A stretch of 40,921 bases of DNA from Candidatus Taylorbacteria bacterium RIFCSPLOWO2_01_FULL_48_100 (GTDB lineage: Bacteria; Patescibacteriota; Minisyncoccia; Phycocordibacterales; UBA10002). The DNA lies in the NCBI GenBank assembly GCA_001821135.1, contig MHSA01000013.1, positions 1 through 40,921 of the forward strand, written 5' to 3'. Numbering within the stretch: the first letter of the stretch is position 1; every line of letters starts with the position of its first letter. The notes beneath the pieces are model-generated. The model did not search any database and was not told the origin of the DNA. It saw nothing but the letters and a program-made list of their open reading frames with translations. Below, one piece after another: positions 8,310 through 17,457 of the stretch. Both the position numbers and the translations under genes were made by a program.

Positions 8310-10544
8310 ATGAAATCCTACAATCATTCTGCGATTGAAAAGAAATGGAAGAAAAAGTGGGGTAATAACCTATACAAAACGCCAGATAAGAAAAAAGGCG
8401 CAGAGAATTTTTATTTGCTGACCGAGTTTCCATACCCGTCGGGCAACCTTCATGTGGGGCATTGGTACGCGTTTGCCGTGCCCGACATACTCGCGCGGTA
8501 TTTGCGGATGAACGGCAAGAATGTTTTGTACCCAATCGGGTTTGATGCGTTTGGACTTCCTGCGGAAAACGCCGCGCTAAAGCGCGGTCTCAACCCACGA
8601 AAGTGGACAGATGGGAATATCGCCTATATGCGCAAGCAGTTGCGCTCTATGGGTGCGTCTTTTGACTGGTCGCGCGAAGTCGTTACCGCCGACCCAGCAT
8701 ACTACCGCTGGACGCAGTGGCTTTTTTTGCAACTTTTTAAGCGCGGGCTCATGTATCGCAAAAAGACGGAGGTGAATTGGTGTCCGAAAGACAAGACGGT
8801 ACTCGCCAACGAACAGGTGAAAGACGGGAAGTGCGAACGGTGTGATACGGAGGTTGAGAAAAAACAGATGGAGCAATGGAACATTAAAATTACCGATTAT
8901 GCAGAACGACTTCTGAAAGATCTTGACAGCGTTGACTTTCCGGAAGAAATAAAAGCGGCGCAGAGAAATTGGATAGGGAAGTCGGAAGGAGCAACGGTAA
9001 AGTTCCAAATCACAGAACACAAAACACAAACAAATCACGGAACACAAAACAAAAAGGAAGTAGAGGTATTTACTACTCGTCCAGACACTTTGTTTGGGGT
9101 TTCGTTTATTGCGCTCGCGCCGTCTCATTCGCTCGCGAAAGATGTAAAAAATCTGCGCGCTATAAATCCGGCAAACAACGATGAGGTGCCGGTGTTTGTT
9201 GCCGACTATGTGATGGACGATTACGGCACGGGCGCGGTGATGGGCGTACCTGCTCACGATGAACGCGACCGAGAGTTTGCATTAAAAAATAACATTCCAA
9301 TAAAGAATGCGGATTTTGCATCAACGGAAATAGTGGGGAAGTTCTCCACAAAAACAATTCAGTACAAACTTCACGACTGGACCGTTTCGCGCCAACGGTA
9401 CTGGGGCGTGCCCATTCCGCTTATTAAATGTGAGAAATGCAATTGGGTTGCCGTGCCGGAAAATAAACTACCGGTGAAGTTGCCGGAAATAAAGGACTAT
9501 GTACCGACTGGCGACGGCAAATCGCCGCTCGCAAAAGCGGATAAATGGAAAAGAGTGAAGTGCTCGTCGTGCGGAGCGAGCGCGGAGCGCGAAACCGACA
9601 CGCTGGACACCTTCGTGGATTCCTCGTGGTACTTCCTCCGCTACACCGACCCGAAAAACAAAAAAGAATTCGCTGGGCGCGCAAAAATGGACGCGTGGCT
9701 TCCCGTTGATTTTTATTTAGGCGGTGCGGAACACACCACGATGCATCTTTTGTATTCCCGATTTTGGCATAAGGCGCTCTTTGACTTAGGACTCGTTGCA
9801 GATAAAGAACCGTATGCGCGCCGTATGAACCGCGGGCTTATCCTCGGTCCCGACGGGCATAAGATGAGCAAATCGCGCGGCAATGTCGTGGACCCCGACG
9901 AAGAGGTGAAGCGGCTCGGCGCGGACACAGTGCGTATGTACTTAGCATTTATAGGACCGTATGGAGAGACGGGCTCATACCCGTGGGACAAGGGTGGAAT
10001 CGCTGGTATTCGCCGCTTTTTGGAGCGTGTGTGGCGACTGCAATCAAAACTGGAAATGTACGAAGCGAAACACACTGTTGTTTTACAAAGTGTCTTACAC
10101 CAAACCATAAAAAAAGTCGGGGAGGATATTTCCGCGCTTAAGTTTAATACGGCTATCAGCGCGCTTATGGTGCTCGCGAACGCACTGGAAAAAGAAACCT
10201 CTATCTCGCGCGAGGACTTCTCGGTTTTCGTACGCATGCTCGCGCCGTTCGCTCCGCATATGGCGGAAGAATTGTGGGGCACAGCGAAGTGTGGAAATGG
10301 GTCGGTGCATCGCGCGTCGTGGCCTGCGTATGACGCGCAAAAAACAGAGAGCGAATCGGTAACAATTGTCGTACAGGTGAACGGCAAAGTGCGCGGCTCA
10401 TTCTCCGCGGCGCGCGACATAAGCGAAGCGAACGCATTTTCACAAGCAGAAAAATTACCTGCCGTCTCCGTATGGCTTTCCGATAAAATCATTTCTAAAC
10501 GCTTTTTTGTGAAAAACAAATTGGTGAGTTTTGTGACAAGTTAA
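8310..10544 (+). CDS. leuS: Leucine--tRNA ligase
   Basis: FPYPSGNLHVGH, GFDAFGLPAEN, FTTRPDT and GTGAVMGVPAHD editing motifs, SRQRYWG, KMSKS, VVQVNGKVR. Confidence 0.97.
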   Translation: MKSYNHSAIEKKWKKKWGNNLYKTPDKKKGAENFYLLTEFPYPSGNLHVGHWYAFAVPDILARYLRMNGKNVLYPIGFDAFGLPAENAALKRGLNPRKWTDGNIAYMRKQLRSMGASFDWSREVVTADPAYYRWTQWLFLQLFKRGLMYRKKTEVNWCPKDKTVLANEQVKDGKCERCDTEVEKKQMEQWNIKITDYAERLLKDLDSVDFPEEIKAAQRNWIGKSEGATVKFQITEHKTQTNHGTQNKKEVEVFTTRPDTLFGVSFIALAPSHSLAKDVKNLRAINPANNDEVPVFVADYVMDDYGTGAVMGVPAHDERDREFALKNNIPIKNADFASTEIVGKFSTKTIQYKLHDWTVSRQRYWGVPIPLIKCEKCNWVAVPENKLPVKLPEIKDYVPTGDGKSPLAKADKWKRVKCSSCGASAERETDTLDTFVDSSWYFLRYTDPKNKKEFAGRAKMDAWLPVDFYLGGAEHTTMHLLYSRFWHKALFDLGLVADKEPYARRMNRGLILGPDGHKMSKSRGNVVDPDEEVKRLGADTVRMYLAFIGPYGETGSYPWDKGGIAGIRRFLERVWRLQSKLEMYEAKHTVVLQSVLHQTIKKVGEDISALKFNTAISALMVLANALEKETSISREDFSVFVRMLAPFAPHMAEELWGTAKCGNGSVHRASWPAYDAQKTESESVTIVVQVNGKVRGSFSAARDISEANAFSQAEKLPAVSVWLSDKIISKRFFVKNKLVSFVTS
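9006..9051 (+). repeat. In-frame direct repeat inside leuS
   Basis: CAAATCACAGAACACAAAACA (9006-9026) and CAAATCACGGAACACAAAACA (9031-9051), built from CACAxAA-like heptamers. Confidence 0.7.
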
Positions 10545-10602
10545 ATACAAAAAGGGGACTCGTAGAGAGGGTACGCAGGAAAAGATGTGGTATAATTCTT
10601 GC

Positions 10603-11730
10603 ATGAAAATCGTTTTTACTGGAGGTGGAACGGGCGGGCATTTCTACCCGATTATCGCCATTACAGAAGAAATCCGCACCCTCGTGCGCGAACAGCGCCT
10701 CGTCGCGCCACAACTCTTTTTCTTTGCTCCCGCTCCATACGATGCAGGGCTTCTCGCAAAAAACGAAGTACGGTTTGTAAAAATACCAGCAGGAAAACTT
10801 CGGCTCTACGCAGACAAAAGAAATCTCACCGATGCGCTCGCGACTGTGTGGGGCGTTGTTAGAGCACTTTGTATGCTTTTTGTGAATTACCCCGATGTCG
10901 TATTCGGCAAAGGCGGATATGGGAGCTTTCCGACCTTGCTCGCCGCGCGCATCTTGCGCATTCCAGTCGTCATTCACGAATCCGATTCTGTGCCTGGTAG
11001 GGTGAACAAATGGGCGGGAAGGTTTTCGTCGTGTATCGCGGTTTCCTTCGCACAAGCGGCATCTTTTTTCCCCGCGGAAAAAACCGCGTGGACGGGGCAT
11101 CCGATTCGGCGAGCGCTTCGCGGGCTGGAATCTGAAGGCGCCTATGAGTTTTTGAAATTAGAAAGAGATGTGCCCGTGCTTATCGTATTAGGCGGTTCGC
11201 AGGGCGCTCAATCAATAAACGATCTTATTCTCTCATCACTTCCAAAACTCACGGAACAATTTCAGATTATCCACCAGACAGGGAAAGAAAACCTTGTCGA
11301 CGCGGAAGCGCGCGGGCGCGTGATTCTTGAAGGAACAGGTCGTAATACTCGTTATCACCCATTTGCGTTTTTAGATGAACAGGCGCTACAAATGGCAGCA
11401 AGCGTTTCCTCACTCGTTGTCTCACGCGCAGGTTCAACTATTTTTGAAATTGCGGGGTGGGGAATTCCGGCAATCATTATTCCAATCGCCGAATCAAATG
11501 GCGCTCATCAGCGCAAAAACGCGTACGCCTATGCCGAATCCGGTGCGGCGGCAGTGCTTGAGGAAACTAATCTCTCTACTGCACTTTTTCTCGCTGAGAT
11601 TGCAAAGATTATGGGCGACGAAAGCCGCCGCGAACGAATGCTCCAGGCGGCTGGCGCATTCGCGCATCCGCTCGCCGCGCGCGTGATTGCGGAGAAATTA
11701 TTAGAAATAGGATTATCTCATGAACGCTAA
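10603..11730 (+). CDS. murG: Lipid I N-acetylglucosaminyltransferase MurG
   Basis: GGGTGGHFYP, KGGY, HESD, GGSQGA, SRAGS, HQxxNA. Confidence 0.95.
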   Translation: MKIVFTGGGTGGHFYPIIAITEEIRTLVREQRLVAPQLFFFAPAPYDAGLLAKNEVRFVKIPAGKLRLYADKRNLTDALATVWGVVRALCMLFVNYPDVVFGKGGYGSFPTLLAARILRIPVVIHESDSVPGRVNKWAGRFSSCIAVSFAQAASFFPAEKTAWTGHPIRRALRGLESEGAYEFLKLERDVPVLIVLGGSQGAQSINDLILSSLPKLTEQFQIIHQTGKENLVDAEARGRVILEGTGRNTRYHPFAFLDEQALQMAASVSSLVVSRAGSTIFEIAGWGIPAIIIPIAESNGAHQRKNAYAYAESGAAAVLEETNLSTALFLAEIAKIMGDESRRERMLQAAGAFAHPLAARVIAEKLLEIGLSHER

Positions 11731-12622
11731 CCAAAAAACTGTCGTTCGCTTTGCTCCAAGCCCTACAGGTCCGTTGCATATTGGCGGTGCGCGTACTGCG
11801 CTTTTCAATTATATTTTCGCCAAACAGCGCGGGGGGAAGTTTATTTTACGCATTGAAGACACCGACAAAGAACGGTCGGAGAAAAAATACGAAGAAGATA
11901 TTTTGTCTGGCATCAAGTGGCTCGGCATTATTCCCGACGAAATATATCGCCAATCGGAACGGACGGAGATTTACAAGAGACATCTTGATGCTCTCATAAA
12001 AAACGGCGCGGCGTATGTATCGCGAGAGGCGAAGAGAGATGGAGCGGAAGGGGAAATGGTAGAGGTTGTGCGATTTAAGAATCCGAACAAACGCGTTGCA
12101 TTTAGCGATATGGTTCGCGGCGAGGTGTCTTTTGACACCACCGAACTCAAGGACTTTGTCATCGCTAAATCAGTAACCGAACCATTATTTCATCTTGCCG
12201 TTGTTGTTGACGATTTTGAGATGGGAATCACGCATATCATTCGCGGCGAAGACCATATTTCCAACACGCCGAGGCAGATTTTAATTCAAGAAGTGCTTGG
12301 TTTTTCACGCCCAATATACGCGCACATTCCGCTTATATTAGCAAAAGACCGAAGCAAACTCTCAAAACGAAAACACGGCGAAGCCGTGTCGCTCGCGCAC
12401 TACCGTGCGCTCGGTTACACTCCGGAAGCAATTATAAATTTCCTCGCGTTACTCGGCTGGCACCCTTCTGCAAGCGATGCGAGCGAAGTGCTCTCGTTTG
12501 CAGACCTTGTGGCGCAATTTCAACTAGAACGAGTGCAAAAAGGCGGTGCAGTGCTGGATGCAAACAAGCTCAATTGGCTGAACAAGCATTACACAAAGAA
12601 AAAAGATATGATAGGGGAATGA
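11720..12622 (+). CDS. gltX: Glutamate--tRNA ligase family protein, catalytic domain only
   Basis: RFAPSPTG, HIGG, LRIEDTD, RGEDH, KLSKR. Ends shortly after KLNWLN, with no anticodon-binding domain. Confidence 0.75.
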   Translation: MNANQKTVVRFAPSPTGPLHIGGARTALFNYIFAKQRGGKFILRIEDTDKERSEKKYEEDILSGIKWLGIIPDEIYRQSERTEIYKRHLDALIKNGAAYVSREAKRDGAEGEMVEVVRFKNPNKRVAFSDMVRGEVSFDTTELKDFVIAKSVTEPLFHLAVVVDDFEMGITHIIRGEDHISNTPRQILIQEVLGFSRPIYAHIPLILAKDRSKLSKRKHGEAVSLAHYRALGYTPEAIINFLALLGWHPSASDASEVLSFADLVAQFQLERVQKGGAVLDANKLNWLNKHYTKKKDMIGE

Positions 12623-13875
12623 GACGGGTTTTTTCAATTACGCTTTTTCTCGCGCTCTTTATAGCAGTCGGCGTTGCCTCTGCAGACATTTCCGATTTGC
12701 AGTACAAAATTAGTGAGCGCAATCAGCAGATTGCCGCGCTGGAAAAAGAAATTGCTGCGTATCAGGGCGAGTTGGACAAGCTCGGCGGCGAAGCAAATTC
12801 CCTCAAAAATGCTATTTCCGAGCTGGATATAACGCGGCGAAAACTTCTTGCGGAAATTACAGCAACGGAAAGCAAAATTAGCGCCGCTACGCTGTCTATT
12901 GATTCACTCACCGAAAATATAGCCGTCCAGCAGGTAAGCATTGGGCGCGGAAGTGCGGGAATGGAAAAGACCCTGCGCATTCTTGCCGAAAACGGCCGCT
13001 CTAGTATGGCGGAGATTTTCTTGAACGAAAACGGATTTTCGGGCGCGTGGCGCGAGGCGGACGCGCTCCGCGTTGTGCAAGCGCGCCTCGCAGAGCGCGT
13101 TCGTTCAGTAAAAGAATTAAAAGCGGGGCTTGAGAGCGACCGAGAAAAACTTGACGCGAAGCGAAAAGAACTTACCGCGCTCAAGGGCGAGCTAGCGGAC
13201 CGCAAGCGCATTGCCGACGGCCAGCGCGCGGAACAACAGTCGTTTCTTAATCAAACCAAAAATAAAGAAGTTAATTATCAGAAACTCTTGGACGCGCGCC
13301 TCGCTCTGCGCGAGTCGTTCGCACAGGAGCTTCTGGAATATGAATTGCAGTTGAAATTTGAACTAGACCCGTCGCGGCTCCCGCAGTCCGGCTCAGGCGT
13401 TCTGAAATGGCCGTTGAACAATGTGAAGATTACGCAATATTTTGGCAACACTGCGTTTGCAAAAAGCGGCGCGTACAACGGAAGCGGACACAACGGAATT
13501 GATTTTCGCGCAAGCATAGGCACGCCCGTCAAATCCTCTTTGAGCGGCGTCGTTAAGGGAGTGGGGGACACAGACAAGACCTGCGCGGGCGCGTCGTACG
13601 GCAAATGGATTTTGATTGAACACGGCAACGGTCTCTCAACGCTCTACGCGCATCTATCGCTCATCCGTGTATCGGAAGGGCAGAGTGTTTCCACAGGCGA
13701 AGTTATCGGCTACAGCGGTGTAACTGGCTACGCGACAGGTCCGCATTTGCACCTCACCGTTTTTGCAACACAGGGCGTTTCCATCGCCACGCGCCCAAGC
13801 CGTGTGTGCGGGCGCAATTACATCCTCCCCGCCGCCAACCCAAACGCCTACCTCAACCCGCTTTCGTATTTATGA
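12619..13875 (+). CDS. Secreted coiled-coil M23-family metallopeptidase (murein hydrolase)
   Basis: Signal peptide, long coiled coil, intact zinc motifs HNGID and HLH, YAHLS, TGPHLH. Confidence 0.9.
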   Translation: MRRVFSITLFLALFIAVGVASADISDLQYKISERNQQIAALEKEIAAYQGELDKLGGEANSLKNAISELDITRRKLLAEITATESKISAATLSIDSLTENIAVQQVSIGRGSAGMEKTLRILAENGRSSMAEIFLNENGFSGAWREADALRVVQARLAERVRSVKELKAGLESDREKLDAKRKELTALKGELADRKRIADGQRAEQQSFLNQTKNKEVNYQKLLDARLALRESFAQELLEYELQLKFELDPSRLPQSGSGVLKWPLNNVKITQYFGNTAFAKSGAYNGSGHNGIDFRASIGTPVKSSLSGVVKGVGDTDKTCAGASYGKWILIEHGNGLSTLYAHLSLIRVSEGQSVSTGEVIGYSGVTGYATGPHLHLTVFATQGVSIATRPSRVCGRNYILPAANPNAYLNPLSYL

Positions 13876-13881
13876 TGGTGG

Positions 13882-13890
13882 TTATCCACA
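13882..13890 (+). promoter_or_regulatory. Perfect DnaA box upstream of the lexA-like promoter
   Basis: TTATCCACA, followed by TTGTCA-N17-TATGCT just before the lexA ATG. Confidence 0.45.
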
Positions 13891-13934
13891 GTTTTGATTT
13901 GTCATTGAATATATAGTCGGGTATGCTGTTTTAG

Positions 13935-14582
13935 ATGAAAGATGCAATAACAACAAGGCAAAAAGAGTTGTTGTTTATCATTTATGAGTACATTAAAAAT
14001 GAGGGGTATCCGCCTTCTGTCGCAGAAATGCGCGAGCGGCTCGGCGTGTCGTCTAACCAATCAATTCTTGACTTACTTGATAAATTAAAGAAGGGCGGTT
14101 TTGTGCGGCGCAATGAAGCAGGCGCACGAAATATAGCAATACTCCCGCTTGGCTATAAAGCACTTGGCGCGCCCGCGCTGACCCCTTTTATGGGGGTTAC
14201 TAGCGCTGGCGCACCGATTGAAGCGATTGAAGTTAGCGGCGAGTGGCGCACCGTTTCGCACGGCGATGAGAAAGTTGAGCGGCTACAAGAGGATATTTTT
14301 ATGTTACGCATATCCGGTGATTCTATGATAAACGCAGGCATAGACGACGGCGACACGGTGCTGGTGCAAACAAAAAAAGAGTTCGTGTCAGGTGAAATTG
14401 TATATGCTCAAATTGGCAGCGAAGGCACTATTAAGAGATTCGTTTCAGATGATAAGCCACCTTATGTATTTCTCAAACCGGAAAATCCAAAATACAAGAA
14501 TATTCTATGCACGGACGAAGTTGAGTTAAAAGGGAAAGTTATTTCTGTGTTAAAAAGCGATTATTGGAAAGCGATAAAATAA
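13935..14582 (+). CDS. lexA: LexA-family repressor (HTH + S24 peptidase)
   Basis: TTRQKELL, GYPPSVAEM, Ala-Gly cleavage site (SAGAP), catalytic GDSM and TIKRF. Confidence 0.85.
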   Translation: MKDAITTRQKELLFIIYEYIKNEGYPPSVAEMRERLGVSSNQSILDLLDKLKKGGFVRRNEAGARNIAILPLGYKALGAPALTPFMGVTSAGAPIEAIEVSGEWRTVSHGDEKVERLQEDIFMLRISGDSMINAGIDDGDTVLVQTKKEFVSGEIVYAQIGSEGTIKRFVSDDKPPYVFLKPENPKYKNILCTDEVELKGKVISVLKSDYWKAIK

Positions 14583-14583
14583 T

Positions 14584-16539
14584 ATGCCGACTAAAAAACA
14601 AAACAAAACAAAAGAAGTGATAGAAAAGATATTCGGAAGCGGCGAAACTGTTTACGGACTCAAGGGGTTTGATGGTATTGATGTTTATACTTCGCTAGAA
14701 ATTACAGAAGACGAGCCAAATCGTTTTTATATTAAGGACTTATCGGGCGGCAAAAATCGCTTTGTATGGGACGACAAAAAACAACACGGCAAACCGGAAG
14801 AAATAGTCCGCCAATTGTGGATATATAAGTTGATAAAGCAATATGGATATCCCATTACGCGCATACATATTGAACACTCGGTGCAATTCGGCCGTGAGAT
14901 ACACGATAAGGCGGTAGATATCGTGGTGAATAAGAAAGATAATGTTACACCCTATATTCTCATAGAAGTAAAAAGCCCAACCGAGAGTAAGGGTATTGAG
15001 CAATTAAAGAGTTATCTCAACGCTGAAGGTTCAGAAATCGGATTATGGTCAAACGGCGCAAAGCGCGTCATTTTGTACCGCCCTTATCCGAAAGAGTTTG
15101 ACGATACCTTGCCGGATTTGCCGCAAGCAAACCAAACCATTGACGACCTTTTTGAAACAAAACGCACCTATTTTGAATATACTTCCACAAAAGAAAATCT
15201 CAAAGATGTTGTTGATTCAATGGAAGAACTGGTGCTTGCAAATGCTGGTGTAGATGTTTTTACGGAAGTGTTCAAGCTTATTTATGCAAAGATGTACGAC
15301 GAACACGAAGCAAAATTAAGCCGTTCCGAACACGAAGTGCATTTTCGTAAATATCGCGACCCGTCCAAAACATACGCGGTCATCAACGATTTATTTAAGA
15401 GCGCGATTAAGAAATGGCCCGGCACTTTTTACGAGCAGGAAAATATAAATCTCTCGCAAGAACATCTCTCAATCGTCGTGGGCGAGCTGGAACGCACTCG
15501 TTTGTTCGGCTCCGACCTTTCTATTATTGACGAAGCGTTTGAGTATCTCATCCCCGAAGTGGCGAAGGGGAAAAAGGGGCAATACTTCACGCCGCGCCAT
15601 GTTATTAATATGGCGGTCAGAATGCTTAACCCGAAGCCGAAGGAATATATCATAGACCCGGCGGCGGGCTCCGGCGGATTTCTTATCAGCGCGATGTATT
15701 CCGTTAAAGACCGACATCTGAACGGTAGCGAGGAATCTATGCGCGAATATGCAAAAGAATATATCTGGGGCATTGACTTTGCGGAAGAAATATCAAAGGT
15801 CTCCCGCGCGCTTATGCTTATTGCAGGAGACGGCCGCTCGCACTTGTTTAAGCTCAACTCGCTTGACCCTAGAGAGTGGCAGGGCGATGAAAGCCAACTT
15901 TCAATTTCGCGAGGTGAGCTCCAAAAACGCCTGCACAATATGGGGAGCACCGCTGACAATACCGAAAATAGAAAAACATTTCACTGTATGGATTTTGATG
16001 TTTTGCTCACGAACCCCCCGTTTGCTGGAGAGATTAAAGACCAAGGGATGTTGCGCCAGTACTTTTTCGGCAAAAAGAAAGGGAAGTTGGTTAATAAAAT
16101 TGAACGGCACATTCTTTTTATAGAACGCACACTGGATATGCTCCGCCCCGGCGGGCGCATGGCGATTGTCTTGCCTCAGGGCGTGCTTAACAATACCAAT
16201 ATGGAGTATGTGCGCGAGTACTTGTTTGATAAAGCGCGGATTCTTGCGGTGGTTGGGCTTCACGGCAACACCTTTAAGCCGCACACAGGTACGAAAACAA
16301 GCGTCATTTTTTTGCAGAAATGGTGGGGAGAGGCGGGGGAGCCGCAAGCCGATTATCCTATTTTCATGGCTGTATCAAAAAAGGCGGGCAAGGACAACTC
16401 CGGCGACTATATGTACAAAAAGGACGCAAGCGGGAAGGCGGTGCACGACGCAAAGTTTCGCAAAGTCCTTGACCACGACCTAGACAACATCGCCGACGGG
16501 TTTATCAAGTTTGCAAAGGAGCAAAAATTAAACTTCTGA
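14584..16539 (+). CDS. Fused restriction endonuclease (HSDR_N-like PD-(D/E)xK) and N6-adenine methyltransferase
   Basis: N-terminal PEEIVRQ...VDIVV...IEVK; GQYFTPRHVI, DPAAGSGGFL and NPPF. Confidence 0.9.
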   Translation: MPTKKQNKTKEVIEKIFGSGETVYGLKGFDGIDVYTSLEITEDEPNRFYIKDLSGGKNRFVWDDKKQHGKPEEIVRQLWIYKLIKQYGYPITRIHIEHSVQFGREIHDKAVDIVVNKKDNVTPYILIEVKSPTESKGIEQLKSYLNAEGSEIGLWSNGAKRVILYRPYPKEFDDTLPDLPQANQTIDDLFETKRTYFEYTSTKENLKDVVDSMEELVLANAGVDVFTEVFKLIYAKMYDEHEAKLSRSEHEVHFRKYRDPSKTYAVINDLFKSAIKKWPGTFYEQENINLSQEHLSIVVGELERTRLFGSDLSIIDEAFEYLIPEVAKGKKGQYFTPRHVINMAVRMLNPKPKEYIIDPAAGSGGFLISAMYSVKDRHLNGSEESMREYAKEYIWGIDFAEEISKVSRALMLIAGDGRSHLFKLNSLDPREWQGDESQLSISRGELQKRLHNMGSTADNTENRKTFHCMDFDVLLTNPPFAGEIKDQGMLRQYFFGKKKGKLVNKIERHILFIERTLDMLRPGGRMAIVLPQGVLNNTNMEYVREYLFDKARILAVVGLHGNTFKPHTGTKTSVIFLQKWWGEAGEPQADYPIFMAVSKKAGKDNSGDYMYKKDASGKAVHDAKFRKVLDHDLDNIADGFIKFAKEQKLNF

Positions 16540-16543
16540 TTAT

Positions 16544-17350
16544 ATGATTACACAGCCAATTCTTCCACAAGAATCCATAAAATTATTTATTGACGAATCG
16601 GGTACTGGGAATCCGCTCGACCTAACTTCCGATATTTATATTTTATCAGGTTGCGTGATAAAGAAATCAGATTGTCAGGATGTAAAAATTCGCGCCGACC
16701 AAATTAAATTTAAGTACTGGAATAAGACCAATATCATGTTTCATTCGCGAGAAATAGGAAGGCGGGATGGAGCTTTTTCAATACTGAAAGACGAAACATT
16801 GTCTAAACAGTTTCTTGCCGACCTTGAGAGTTTTCTTGCAGACCAGAAATTTAAAATGTTATTCGTTGTTGTGGATAAAGCAAAAGCAAAAAATGCTGGA
16901 TGGAACGAAGTAAAAGTATATAAAGATACAACCCTGCATCTTGTCCGGAACTTTTTACTTGCCCTTTTAGCCACTAATTCGAAAGGAGAAATTATCATTG
17001 AATCAGCAACCGCTACAAAAGATATTTATCTTTTGCAAGCTGTTGGATATTTTCTCGCATCCGGTATTGAAAGCATAAAAATTGATTATCAAAAGATACA
17101 AACATTGCTCACATCAATTTCATTTGTCACAAAACACAATAATGATATTGAAGAACAAATCGCTGACTTGTTTTGTTATGCTGCACAGCTGAAATATCAA
17201 CAAAAAGCAAAACAAAAGATTTCCGGTGGTATATATGAACAGATGATACTGCGAGCGTTTAATAGGTCGATTTTTAAAGTGCCACAATATGCCGGACCTA
17301 AAAAGGCTCGGTTTTTTGCTGGTCTAGAACCATTTTTGGTGATTCCATAA
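16544..17350 (+). CDS. DUF3800-family protein (RNase H-like fold)
   Basis: N-terminal LFIDESG, central FH, C-terminal QIADL; AT-rich. Confidence 0.8.
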   Translation: MITQPILPQESIKLFIDESGTGNPLDLTSDIYILSGCVIKKSDCQDVKIRADQIKFKYWNKTNIMFHSREIGRRDGAFSILKDETLSKQFLADLESFLADQKFKMLFVVVDKAKAKNAGWNEVKVYKDTTLHLVRNFLLALLATNSKGEIIIESATATKDIYLLQAVGYFLASGIESIKIDYQKIQTLLTSISFVTKHNNDIEEQIADLFCYAAQLKYQQKAKQKISGGIYEQMILRAFNRSIFKVPQYAGPKKARFFAGLEPFLVIP

Positions 17351-17398
17351 AGGAGAAAAGCCGGATCGCGGCTTTCGCTCGCTCCCCGGCTTTTCATG
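17351..17398 (-). ncRNA. Candidate small structured RNA convergent with the DUF3800 gene
   Basis: Minus strand: GAAAAGCCGG/CCGGCTTTTC stem capped by a GCGAGC-GAAA-GCCGC hairpin. Upstream promoter-like TTGCTT-N18-TACACT with TGn extension (17433-17404). Confidence 0.5.
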
Positions 17399-17438
17399 TA
17401 AAAAGTGTAACATACGGACTTATAAAAAAGCAAGGGAG

Positions 17439-17447
17439 TGTGGATAA
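17439..17447 (-). promoter_or_regulatory. Perfect DnaA box upstream of the specificity subunit gene
   Basis: TGTGGATAA on the plus strand. Confidence 0.4.
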
Positions 17448-17457
17448 CAAAAAACAT

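Noticed and set aside
8577-10519. Long antisense ORFs opposite leuS (likewise opposite dnaE and gyrB)
   Set aside because: Shadow frames of well-supported genes, with no motifs of their own.
13876-13934. Replication origin
   Set aside because: A single DnaA box, no box cluster or unwinding element, and no dnaA/dnaN nearby.
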